A stretch of DNA of 64,000 nucleotides from the NCBI RefSeq assembly GCF_030144855.1, contig NC_082736.1:7564001-7628000 (forward strand), given 5' to 3'. Position 1 is the first letter of the stretch. Each line of letters begins with the position of its first letter. The translations under genes and the position numbers were made by a program. The DNA comes from Hypanus sabinus. Taxonomy: Eukaryota. Under the pieces are notes generated by a model. It had not been told where the DNA came from and ran no database searches. It saw nothing but the letters and a program-made list of their open reading frames with translations. Below, piece by piece: positions 26,273 through 36,699 of this stretch.

Positions 26273-26457
26273 CACAAAATGCTGGAGGAACTCAGCAGGA
26301 CAGGCAGCCTTTATGGAAAAGAGTAAACAGTCAACACTTCGGCCCGAGACCCTTCCATCAGATCTCTCCCTGGTGAAGGTTCTCAGCCTGAAGCATCGAC
26401 TCGTTACCCTTTCCCATAGATGCTGCCCGGCCTGCGGACTTCCGCCAGCATCTTGTG
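26273..26457. repeat. Inverted pair of Penelope terminal repeats (fold-back) with two degenerate hammerhead motifs
   Basis: CACAAAATGCTGGAGGAACTCAGCAGG... versus ...CCTGCGGACTTCCGCCAGCATCTTGTG; back-to-back CTGATGGAAGGG...GAAGTGTT (-) and CTGGTGAAGG...GAAGCATC (+). Confidence 0.7.
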
Positions 26458-26633
26458 TCTGTTGATCAGATTAAGGTGACAAGCATTCAGGATAGAAATT
26501 AGATCATATTTCTTTAGTCTGAGAAAAAAAGAACTTCTGTATTCCTGATATAAGGAATCTGGAGCCTCAGGTGCTGGGTTGAGTCAAAGCTGAGATCAAC
26601 AGTCTCTGGGAATATTTTAGTCTCTAAGTGAGT

Positions 26634-27475
26634 TGTTACGTATTCGTGACACATGACAGTGGAGCCCTTGTCATGTGACTGGGGTTGAAGCTGTACTGGA
26701 CTTGAGGTGATGGTCTTCTGATGGTGGAATGACATAATTTTCCCGCCAGTAGAGATCATGTGACGGGTTTTTTTTACAGGTTATAAAAGGTAGACCCCAC
26801 CCTGTGAGGAGGGGCTGTTCGTGGCTGGATTTGCCAAGTTGACTTCATGCCACTGCGTGTTTGAAGTGATGACGCAGTTTAGTTGAAGGGTGAAGTTTTT
26901 ATTTAATGCCTAAAGTTTAAAAGGTTAATGCCAACAGGTTCTTTATGATTCTGTTAGTTCGAGGGAATTAGAGGAGAGTGAAGATTCAAGGTTGGAAGTA
27001 AAGATCGAGGAGAATCGCTTTCTACGGTGAAACGGGGGCGACCTTTGTTTGATCCTTATTTGGAAGGATTTCGTTGACTATCTTCGTGTTAATCCCTAGG
27101 TTTACCTAGAAAGGATTGAAGGTAGTGGAGAAGGAAAGGTCAGTGCCTTTAAGCCGTTCTGTTTCGTAAATTCTTCGTGGGAATTTCGACGTCGGGAATC
27201 GAAGCAAGCGACGTGAAAGAGAACCTAAATCGTCCTGTAAAGTCTCTCCTTTTAAATGGACTGTGAGCATATCGAACTTTTGGCAATATCACTTTAAGAA
27301 CTGTTTTGGAATATCACTTTACGAACTGTTTGAACAGCCGCTCAGCAGCTGTTTCCGGTTACGGTAGTGTTTGTTTACTTTTGGGGGGTTTGTTTTCTGT
27401 GTTTAATAAACGTGTTGTTTGTTATAAGAAACCCTTGTCGAACTCATATATTTATTGTTGCCTGAATACGTAACA
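26634..27475 (+). repeat. 5' LTR
   Basis: TGTTACGTATTC...GAATACGTAACA 12-bp terminal inverted repeat; TATAAAA at 26782; AATAAA at 27405. Confidence 0.97.
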
Positions 27476-27482
27476 TTAAATA

Positions 27483-27500
27483 TGGGGGCTGCGTCGGGAT
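27483..27500 (+). other. Primer-binding site, tRNA-Pro-like variant
   Basis: TGGGGGCTGCGTCGGGAT versus the canonical tRNA-Pro PBS TGGGGGCTCGTCCGGGAT; 7 nt after the LTR. Confidence 0.75.
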
Positions 27501-27601
27501 TGAATTTTTTGAGTTTACATGCTTGCTAACTTTTAAATCGGTGTTTTGGAAACGGGGATTACTCGGTTCTTTTGTTTGGCTTGTTGTGGTATTCGGCAGC
27601 A

Positions 27602-30600
27602 ATGAATATTGATGAGTTTCTGGCTTCGCCAGCTGCGGAGGTGTTGGCGAAGGCGAAAAAAACTGAGGTGTTTGAACTAGCTAGTAGATTGCGACTTAAA
27701 GGTATTTTGCAGACTACTTCTAAGGCTGTAATACAGAGAAAAATCGCGTCACACTATGTGGATTCGGGTGTTTTTGATGAATCGATTTTAGAGTCGTTTC
27801 AAATAAGTAATCTGGAGATGCAGTTGCAAATCGAACAAATGAAATTGGAGAGGTGTAAATTGGAGGCGGAACAAAAGCAGAGAGAATTTGCATATGCAAT
27901 GGAGGAATTAAGGACTGGAAATCAGTCTTCTGGTTCTAAAAAAACGTTTGTTGCTAGTCAAGAAATTAAATTGGTCCCTCCATTTAGTGAAATAGAAGTG
28001 GAAAGGTATTTTCAACATTTTGAAACTATTGCTCGGATGTCAGAGTGGCCGAAAAATAAATGGTCAGTGTTGTTACAGAGTGTAATTAAAGGCAAAGCAC
28101 AACAAGTTTACACAGCTTTAACAGCTGCACAAGCTCTTGATTATGATATTGTAAAGAGTCATATTTTAAACGCATATGAGTTAGTCCCAGAAGCATATAG
28201 GGAAAGATTCAGAAGTTTGAAAAAGTCTGTGGAAAAAACTTATGTGGAATTTGCCTATGATAAAGCTATGTGTTTTGAGAGATGGGTTTCTTCTAAAAAT
28301 GTAAATGGGGACTATGATACATTGAGACAGCTGATTTTAATGGAGGAATTTAAAAGAAGCATTCCTGTTGAAGTAAGGACCTACTTAAATGAGAAGGATA
28401 CTGATAAATTGCAGGACTGTGCTAGATTAGCTGATGAGTATGTTTTGATCCATAAGAACAAATTTCCTCAGGGCAGAATTTTTAAGAGGAAAAATAACAT
28501 GGAGACTCCAGGTAAATCTGAAATTAAATCGGAGGTTAATGAGAAAGTTAATGAGAAAGGAAAGCCTGTGAAGGAAAGACAGTTTGGTCTTACTTGTAAC
28601 TATTGTAAGAAGCCTGGCCATGTAATAGCTAACTGTTTCAAATTGAGAAAGAAAGAGAAGGAAGTAGTTCCAGATGCTTGTGTGCAACATACTGAAGCAC
28701 CTGTAAAGTTACAGGGTTTGATAAACACAAATGAGGTTTTGTTAGAGTCTGACCAAGTTAGAAAGGGATATGATCATTTTATAACTGAAGGGTTTGTATC
28801 CTTGAAGGAAGGATCTACTTTGGTGCCAATAAAAATCCTTAGGGATACTGGTGCTTCGCAATCACTGATGTTAGACAGTGTGTTGAAGTTTAATGAAGAG
28901 TCTGATACTGGTGAGGTAAATTACATAAGAGGTGTTGGAAGTGATTTTATGCCTGTACATTTACATAAAGTAAATTTAAAATCAGGGTTAGTTACTGGAT
29001 TTGTTAAAGTAGGATTACAGCATAGCTTACCTGTGAAGGGTATTTCTTTATTGTTAGGTAATGACTTGGCAGGTGGACAAGTTTTTCCTGAAGTGCATTT
29101 GACAATGGAGTCAGAGGAACCAGAGTTGAATTCTAACACAGATTCTTCCTGTGTTGTGACTAGAGCTATGGCTAAAAAGATTGATGCGCAGAATGAGGTT
29201 GTTATTCAGGACTGTTCAACTCAGGATTCGAGTTTTGAGGATGTGTCAGAGACTTTCTTATCTTCGTTGTTTGAACAAGATTCTGGGAGTAAGTCTGACT
29301 ATAAAGATTTATCTTTGTCTAGGAAGGAGATGATAGCAGAGCAGAATAGAGATTCTGAGATTATAAAATTAAAAGAGCAGGTTTTACTAGATAGTGAAAT
29401 TGATAAAGACGCTAGGATGAGGATGTTTAAGCCTGGAGATAAGGTGTTGGTTCTTTTCCCAGTGCAGACAAATCCTTTACAAGCTAGATTTCATGGTCCT
29501 TATGAAATTGTGTCTAAAATTAATGATGTGGATTACGTGGTAAAAACTCCAGATCGTAGAAGGTCAACACAACTTTGCCATATAAATATGTTGAAACCAT
29601 ATTTTGAGAAACAATCTGATACTGTGACTGTTGTGGTTAGTGAGAATGAGTTTGATTTAACTAGGAACATGATAGATGATTCATCTGACTTTCATTCTAA
29701 ATCCAACATTGTTTCTGTTAGGTTAACAAATTCAACCATTCTGGAAAATATTGATGAAAAATTAGCACATTTACAGTTAGAGCAGAGACAACAGATGAAG
29801 GAGTTGATTTTTAAATATAGGGAGTTGTTTCCAGATGTTCCGAGAAGGACTTCTATAGCTTCACATGATGTAGATGTTGGGGATGCCAAACCTATTAAAC
29901 AACATCCATATAGGATGAACATGGAAAAATGTGAACTTGCTGAGAAAGAAATTGAATATATGTTAGAGAATAATATCATTAGACATTCTAACTCGAATTG
30001 GAGTTCGCCATGTGTTATGGTGCCAAAGCCAGATGGTAGTATTAGGTTTTGTACGGATTATAGGAAGATGAATGCTGTAACGAAAACAGATGCATATCCA
30101 ATTCCCAGAGTAGATGATTGTGTAGATAAAGTTGGAAAGGCAAAGTTCCTTACAAAGATTGATTTATTGAAAGGGTATTGGTGTGTTCCATTAACGGACA
30201 GAGGTAGAGAGATTTCTGCATTTGTAACTCCATCTGGGTTATATGAGTATAATGTTCTTCCATTTGGGATGAAGAATGCCCCAGGTACTTTCCAGAGGAT
30301 GATTAACTTTGTGATTCAGGGATTGAAAGATACTGATGCTTATATTGATGATTTAGTGACAGGAAATGATACTTGGGAAGCACACATTATTGCGATGGAG
30401 AAATTGTTTGAAAGGCTTTCAAAAGCTAACTTAACTATTAATTTAGCTAAGAGTGAATTTGGACATGCCACTGTGACTTACCTTGGTTATGTTGTGGGTC
30501 AAGGTAAGGTAGCTCCTGTTCAGGCAAAAGTTCAGGCAATTTTAGAGATTCCCACTCCAACGGGGAAAAAGACTCTCAGAAGGTTTTTGGGAATGGTAGG

Positions 30601-31147
30601 ATATTATCGGAAATTTTGTAAGAATTTTGCTAATGTTGCCCTTCCATTAACTAACCTTCTGCGGAAGAATGAGAAGTTTGTATGGACGGTGCCTTGTCAA
30701 GAAGCATTTGAAAAATTGAAAACCATGATATGTCAACAACCTGTGCTTAAGGCACCTGACTTTGGAAAACCTTTTTCATTGGCTGTGGATGCTAGTGATG
30801 AGGCTGCAGGAGCAGTATTAATGCAAAGGAATGAGGGGAATGAGCTTGATCATCCAGTAGCTTACTTTTCTAAGAAATTTAATAAGCATCAAAGAAATTA
30901 TTCGACAATAGAGAAAGAATTGTTATCTCTTGTTTTAGCTTTGGAATATTTTGAGGTATATGTTAGTACAACTCAGAAACCACTTATTGTTTACACTGAT
31001 CATAATCCGTTAGTTTTTCTGAGTAAGATGAAAAACAAAAACAGAAGGTTATTAAATTGGAGTTTGATGTTACAAGAGTACAATATTGTGATGACTCATA
31101 TTAAAGGTAAAGATAATGTGGTTGCTGATTGTCTATCTCGATGTTGA
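27602..31147 (+). CDS. Gag-Pol polyprotein (1181 aa): SCAN-like capsid, CCHC knuckle, aspartic protease, integrase remnant (GPY module only), RT, RNase H
   Basis: CNYCKKPGHVIANC (28595-28636); LRDTGAS (28844); FKPGDKVLV...HGPY (~29425-29503); LPFGMKNAP and YIDD (30341); VDAS...EKELL...YTDHNPL...DNVVADCLSR. First ATG is at 27602. Confidence 0.93.
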   Translation: MNIDEFLASPAAEVLAKAKKTEVFELASRLRLKGILQTTSKAVIQRKIASHYVDSGVFDESILESFQISNLEMQLQIEQMKLERCKLEAEQKQREFAYAMEELRTGNQSSGSKKTFVASQEIKLVPPFSEIEVERYFQHFETIARMSEWPKNKWSVLLQSVIKGKAQQVYTALTAAQALDYDIVKSHILNAYELVPEAYRERFRSLKKSVEKTYVEFAYDKAMCFERWVSSKNVNGDYDTLRQLILMEEFKRSIPVEVRTYLNEKDTDKLQDCARLADEYVLIHKNKFPQGRIFKRKNNMETPGKSEIKSEVNEKVNEKGKPVKERQFGLTCNYCKKPGHVIANCFKLRKKEKEVVPDACVQHTEAPVKLQGLINTNEVLLESDQVRKGYDHFITEGFVSLKEGSTLVPIKILRDTGASQSLMLDSVLKFNEESDTGEVNYIRGVGSDFMPVHLHKVNLKSGLVTGFVKVGLQHSLPVKGISLLLGNDLAGGQVFPEVHLTMESEEPELNSNTDSSCVVTRAMAKKIDAQNEVVIQDCSTQDSSFEDVSETFLSSLFEQDSGSKSDYKDLSLSRKEMIAEQNRDSEIIKLKEQVLLDSEIDKDARMRMFKPGDKVLVLFPVQTNPLQARFHGPYEIVSKINDVDYVVKTPDRRRSTQLCHINMLKPYFEKQSDTVTVVVSENEFDLTRNMIDDSSDFHSKSNIVSVRLTNSTILENIDEKLAHLQLEQRQQMKELIFKYRELFPDVPRRTSIASHDVDVGDAKPIKQHPYRMNMEKCELAEKEIEYMLENNIIRHSNSNWSSPCVMVPKPDGSIRFCTDYRKMNAVTKTDAYPIPRVDDCVDKVGKAKFLTKIDLLKGYWCVPLTDRGREISAFVTPSGLYEYNVLPFGMKNAPGTFQRMINFVIQGLKDTDAYIDDLVTGNDTWEAHIIAMEKLFERLSKANLTINLAKSEFGHATVTYLGYVVGQGKVAPVQAKVQAILEIPTPTGKKTLRRFLGMVGYYRKFCKNFANVALPLTNLLRKNEKFVWTVPCQEAFEKLKTMICQQPVLKAPDFGKPFSLAVDASDEAAGAVLMQRNEGNELDHPVAYFSKKFNKHQRNYSTIEKELLSLVLALEYFEVYVSTTQKPLIVYTDHNPLVFLSKMKNKNRRLLNWSLMLQEYNIVMTHIKGKDNVVADCLSRC

Positions 31148-31332
31148 ATGTACACTGTAATTTTTTTTATGGAGTGGTTTTTTTTCAATTGTAACACTCC
31201 TACTGTATTGTGAGTTATAAGCTGTTATATGATGGTGTTGTGGATTGTATATGTTATAAAATTTATACCTTTGTTTTTCTTGTAAGCAATTGTTAAAAAT
31301 TTTTGTTCTTGTCAGACCAAAAATGTTTTTTT

Positions 31333-31341
31333 GGAGGGAGG
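31333..31341 (+). other. Polypurine tract
   Basis: GGAGGGAGG immediately 5' of the 3' LTR. Confidence 0.85.
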
Positions 31342-32183
31342 TGTTACGTACTCGTGACACATGACAGTGGAGCCCTTGTCATGTGACTGGGGTTGAAGCT
31401 GTACTGGACTTGAGGTGATGGTCTTCTGATGGTGGAATGACATCATTTTCCCGCCAGTAGAGATCATGTGACGGGTTTTTTTTACAGGTTATAAAAGGTA
31501 GACCCCACCCTGTGAGGAGGGGCAGTTCGTGGCTGGATTTGCCAAGTTGACTTCATGCCACTGCGTGTTTGAAGTGATGACGCAGTTTAGTTGAAGGGTG
31601 AAGTTTTTATTTAATGCCTAAAGTTTAAAAGGTTAATGCCAACAGGTTCTTTATGATTCTGTTAGTTCGAGGGAATTAGAGGAGAGTGAAGATTCAAGGT
31701 TGGAAGTAAAGATCGAGGAGAATCGCTTTCTACGGTGAAACGGGGGCGACCTTTGTTTGATCCTTATTTGGAAGGATTTCGTTGACTATCTTCGTGTTAA
31801 TCCCTAGGTTTACCTAGAAAGGATTGAAGGTAGTGGAGAAGGAAAGGTCAGTGCCTTTAAGCCGTTCTGTTTCGTAAATTCTTCGTGGGAATTTCGACGT
31901 CGGGAATCGAAGCAAGCGACGTGAAAGAGAACTTAAATCGTCCTGTAAAGTCTCTCCTTTTAAATGGACTGTGAGCATATCGAACTTTTGGCAATATCAC
32001 TTTAAGAACTGTTTTGGAATATCACTTTACGAACTGTTTGAACAGCCGCTCAGCAGCTGTTTCCGGTTACGGTAGTGTTTGTTTACTTTTGGGGGGTTTG
32101 TTTTCTGTGTTTAATAAACGTGTTGTTTGTTATAAGAAACCCTTGTCGAACTCATATATTTATTGTTGCCTGAATACGTAACA
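31342..32183 (+). repeat. 3' LTR
   Basis: 842 bp; 4 substitutions versus the 5' LTR by manual comparison. Confidence 0.97.
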
Positions 32184-32189
32184 GAGTCC

Positions 32190-32600
32190 ATAAGACCATC
32201 AAATATAGGAGCAGAATTTGGCCATTTGGCCGATTGAGCCTGCTCTGCCATTTCATGATCACTGATCAATTTTTCCTCTTAGCCCCAATCTCTGCCTATA
32301 TCCAGTGATTTGGCCTCTGCAGCTGCCTGTGGCCAAAAATTCCACCGATTCACCACTCTCTGGCTGATGAAATTCCTCCTCATCTCCATTCTAAAAGGAT
32401 GCCCCTCTATTTTGAAGCTGTGTGGTCTGGTTAGAGACATTCCCACCACAGGAAAACTCCTCTCCACATCCACTCACTCAAGCCCTTTCACTATTTGATA
32501 GGTTTCAATTCAGTAACCCTTCTTTCTTCAAAATTCCAGTGAATACAGGCCTAGTGACGTGAAACACTATTCATCAGACAAGCCATTTAATCCTGGGTAT
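32190..32600 (-). mobile_element. CR1 LINE 3' fragment
   Basis: HSFKIEGHPFRMEMRRNFISQRVVNRWN (ORF 32279-32473). Confidence 0.8.
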
Positions 32601-33799
32601 AATTCAACTTTTTTGACGTAATGACAGAACAGTAAATTCTGGATTTCAGAGATTTTTGCGTTTTGGAATCATGGATCAATCTGCCCAACATTAATCACTA
32701 GTTTGTACTGCAGTAAACTCTGTTAATTAACCCACGCAATCCCAGGCACACAGATGCAAAATAAAGACAGGTGTAAATTTAGAGTAGGGAAGTTGAATCA
32801 TACTTGGAGGTAAAGCCTGATTACTAGGCCTCAGAACATTCTGTTCCTCAAATGGTCAAAATAAAGCCAAGTAACAAGGTGGAAAATACCCACAACTTGC
32901 AGAATTACACGCTTCTCATTACCTTGCTTCCTGGGATAAACACCTGATCCACCCTGGCTGCATTGCCTCGGCGAGATTGTTTCATGATTAAAGACCCGAA
33001 ACACCAAATGACTCTAAGTTGTATTATTGATGATGTGCCCCTTTGCACACCCGGTTCGCTAAGCCAAAAGTTGTTGAACCACGATAATGAAAGGCATCAG
33101 CCACTGTGTGGCTCCACTACACTACCCCATCCACCATCTACCATACACCATCATATGGATCAGGATCTCTCCCAGCCCTACCCTCAAACCTAATCCAGAG
33201 GTCCAAGGGGACACATAGCCCCACAAACCCGATTACTAGTGTAAGTAGGGGGAAGATCCAATAAAGGCAAGTGTTGGACCTGGTGAATGAAGGCATGGGC
33301 CAGACCAAAGTGGCAGCGTTGCGTGACTCTGAATCGAGAGTGACGAGATGAAGAAGCACAAGAGGGGTGATTCTCCCACTGCCCGCATAATCTCTTTGTT
33401 ATTTTGATTTTGTTCTGATAGTCCTCTGTCTATTTGAATATTTTGGTATAATATTTAATTTCAGTGTTTCTTGTCAATGTTGATGCAATGTGTCTGTGAT
33501 GCCGCTACAAATACGTTGTTCCTTTCGCCTGTGCATAAATAAACTCGATTTAAACTTTACACTGAAATGTCCAAATCTCTCCTTCGTTCTTCTGCTGCAC
33601 TGTGTCATGAACTAAACGGCTTAGTGTTTAATTTTACAATGTTTCATCTGATTTTATTTTCATTCTGCTTTAGAAATTTGCGTTTCCCTTTTCAATGTCA
33701 GCCCGCACCCCCGCCTGTCTCTGCCCTTCTGTACTTCCTCCCGCATTAAACGACAGCGGTAACCGCCACACATTGGCGCCGCTTCCCATCCCCCAGCGT

Positions 33800-33943
33800 T
33801 CCGATTGGTGATTCCTTTCTCCAAACAGCCAATGGGAATGCTCAGCATTCCCATCCTCATTAACATACCACTTTGGGCGCTGCCTATTTAATCCGCGCTC
33901 CGGACAGCTTCTGCTTATTATTGTGTTTGAAACCGACGAGGAA
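33800..33943 (+). promoter_or_regulatory. H2B promoter: ATTGG/CCAAT boxes, variant octamer ATTAACAT (33859-33866), TATTTAA (33885-33891)
   Basis: Motif order matches vertebrate H2B promoters; the CTCATTAACATAC context mirrors CTCATTTGCATAC. Confidence 0.7.
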
Positions 33944-34318
33944 ATGCCTGATACAGCGAAACCCGCTCCCAAGAAGGGCGCCAAGAAAGCTCTGTCCAAA
34001 CCGGCGAGCAAGTCTGGCAAGAAGCGCAAGAGGTCGAGGAAGGAGAGTTACGCAATCTACATCTACAAAGTGATGAAGCAGGTTCACCCCGACACCGGCA
34101 TCTCCTCCAGGGCCATGAGCATCATGAATTCATTCGTGAACGATATTTTCGAGCGCATCGCGGGCGAGGCTTCCCGCTTGGCCCATTACAACAAGCGGTC
34201 CACCATCAGCTCCCGGGAGATCCAGACCGCCGTGCGCCTGCTGCTGCCCGGGGAGCTGGCCAAGCACGCCGTGTCCGAAGGGACAAAGGCGGTGACCAAG
34301 TACACCAGCTCCAAGTGA
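33944..34318 (+). CDS. H2B: Histone H2B (replication-dependent), 124 aa
   Basis: [12 protein letters not shown]...[23 protein letters not shown]...AVTKYTSSK; true ATG at 33944. Confidence 0.98.
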   Translation: MPDTAKPAPKKGAKKALSKPASKSGKKRKRSRKESYAIYIYKVMKQVHPDTGISSRAMSIMNSFVNDIFERIAGEASRLAHYNKRSTISSREIQTAVRLLLPGELAKHAVSEGTKAVTKYTSSK

Positions 34319-34349
34319 AGCTGTCCAGTGAGATGATCGAAAACACAAC

Positions 34350-34391
34350 GGCTCTTTTAAGAGCCACTCACAATTTCAATGGAAGAGTTGT
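34350..34391 (+). terminator. Histone 3' stem-loop and downstream element (H2B)
   Basis: GGCTCTTTTAAGAGCC (34350-34365); GGAAGAGTTGT at 34381. Confidence 0.95.
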
Positions 34392-35129
34392 ACTAGCATT
34401 TGGGTAATAAATTACACATACTTTGTCTGGTGACTTCTACAAGAGTTAAATCGTGGTTGGAATAACATCCCACTGAACTGACAAGGAATTGTTACCCACC
34501 CCCCCCATCAGTCCGCCCACTCGGTATCCATGCCGTTGTTGTTTTATTTGTGGCTTCAGGAGTTTATTGGTTCCGGTTGGGTAACTCCTGAATCTCATTT
34601 CAACTCGAGCCTGAAAGACCCCATGGCTCTTTCATATAGAGAAGCGTCGACAGTGCTTCTGCTTAAAGATGCTGCCTGGCCTGCTGGGTTGCACCAGCAT
34701 TTTGTGTGTTTGAATTTCCAGCATCTACAGATTTCCTCGTGATGGCTCTTTCATATAATAACTTTATAAAATTGCAGACTAGACGCTGGACAAAGTTTGA
34801 GAAGAACCGTTTTCCATAACCTGATAACGTTCATACAGTGACCGACCGCGGGCAGAAGCTGAGGGTCAGTTTTATTCGGTTCCGTTACGGGTTGAAAGGA
34901 ATTAGAGAACTGAGTTCCCAGACACTCCAATATCAACTACACTTAAATCAAATGTGCCCGGTTTCAGTAACGGAGGGAAATGCGAAGACCCAATCTTAAA
35001 ACAGAACGGCAATTATTTAACTTGGAATTAAATTTGAACAATAGATTTATTTTTTGGCGGGCTTTTTTCCAGATTTCAGTGCACCTTGGGGAGGAGACGG
35101 TTACTATCCGCGCTTCTACCTTTACGGAC

Positions 35130-35466
<337 letters not shown>

Positions 35467-35496
35467 AGCGACGTGAGCTGAATCTATTTACCCAAA

Positions 35497-35538
35497 GGCT
35501 CTTTTCAGAGCCACTCACAATGTCTGTGGAAGGGCTGA
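35497..35538 (+). terminator. Histone 3' stem-loop and downstream element (H2A pseudogene)
   Basis: GGCTCTTTTCAGAGCC (35497-35512); GGAAGGGCTG downstream. Confidence 0.93.
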
Positions 35539-35949
35539 GCGGCGGGTGCTTTCCGTCCGTTTGATAACCTGCATCTGTCAGTGCCTCGACATGTTTCTTC
35601 CGCGAAAGAAACCGGAATAAATCTGCACAGAAACCCGTTCGTTTCAGTCCCGGCTCGTTTTCCCCTCTCAGCAGACCGAATGTAGCTCTCTCCCCTTGCA
35701 GAGAGTCAGCGGGTTCACTAGGCGCAGAGTCGTGAAATGAACTTCCGGAGTCAGCCCCGAGAGGGAGAATTTAATCTCCGACCACTCAACGACTCCGCTC
35801 TTCATCACCGAGAACCGCGTTGTCTGGGTTCCACATTGCGGGTTGACCCCGGACCGTTCCGGTGTGCAGAAGGCTGGAACATCGCCTGTTCGTTGCTTCA
35901 TGAGCGATTCCCATCGCCTCACAGAAAAATAACATTTGCGTTTTACATT

Positions 35950-36445
35950 TCAGAATCAAGTTTATTATCACCGGCATGTGACGTGAAATTTGTTGACTCA
36001 GCCGCAGCAGTTCAATGTCATACATAATCTAAAAGACAGAGTAATAAAATAACAAATAAAATAAAACATAATAAATAAACAAATCAGTTAAGTACATTGA
36101 CTGTTATTCTGAAAAATGTGCAAAAACAGAAATACTGTATATTAAAAAGTGAGGTAATGTCCATAGTTTTAATGTCCATTTAGGAATCGGATGGCAGAGG
36201 GGAAGAAGCTGTTCCTGAATCGCTGAGTGTGCCTGCAGTCTTCTGTATCTCCTACCTGACGGTAACAGTGAGAAAAGGGCATGCCCTGGGTGTTGGAAGT
36301 GTTTAATAATGGACGCTGCCTTTATGAGCACCGCTCCCTAAAGATGTTCTGGGTACTATCAGCAGCTTCTTTCGGTGCTGTGCCGTAGCCCCTCCACACC
36401 AGACAGATGTCGCCTGTCAGAATGCTCTCCGCGGCACAACTATAC
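35950..36445 (-). mobile_element. Rex1/Babar-like 3' fragment
   Basis: KAASIIKHFQHPGHALFSLLPSGRRYRRL. Confidence 0.75.
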
Positions 36446-36699
36446 AGGTCTCTGACTGTCTACAAAGGTACGTTTACCCTGTGGAACCGTTCGTATTTAC
36501 TGAAAAAAATCTCGTCCACCCAGGCCTCTGAATATAAATGAACATTTTGCCAAAGAGTGGGTCAGTTTGATCAGATCTGCCGAGAGGCTCCCTATGTGAG
36601 GCGGTGCGTCGCTCTGAGTTTGGTTTGTGCCAGGGAGAAAAGGGTGGGGTGGGTGGATCGAGTTCTTCAGCACCGTAGTACCAGTCACTTCTCTACAAA

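Larger units (their letters stand above)
26634..32183 (+). mobile_element. Gmr1-like Ty3/Gypsy LTR retrotransposon, young, integrase core deleted
   Basis: Two 842-bp TG...CA LTRs, 4-bp TSD GAGT (26630-26633 and 32184-32187), PBS, PPT and a single gag-pol ORF with PR-(IN remnant)-RT-RH order. Confidence 0.95.

Noticed and set aside
27483-27500. The local tRNA-Asp as primer for the LTR element
   Set aside because: The tRNA-Asp complement would begin TGGCTCCCCG; the PBS begins TGGGGGCT, which fits tRNA-Pro.
27572-27601. N-terminal extension of the Gag-Pol ORF in the ORF track
   Set aside because: Starts at TTG; the first ATG is at 27602.
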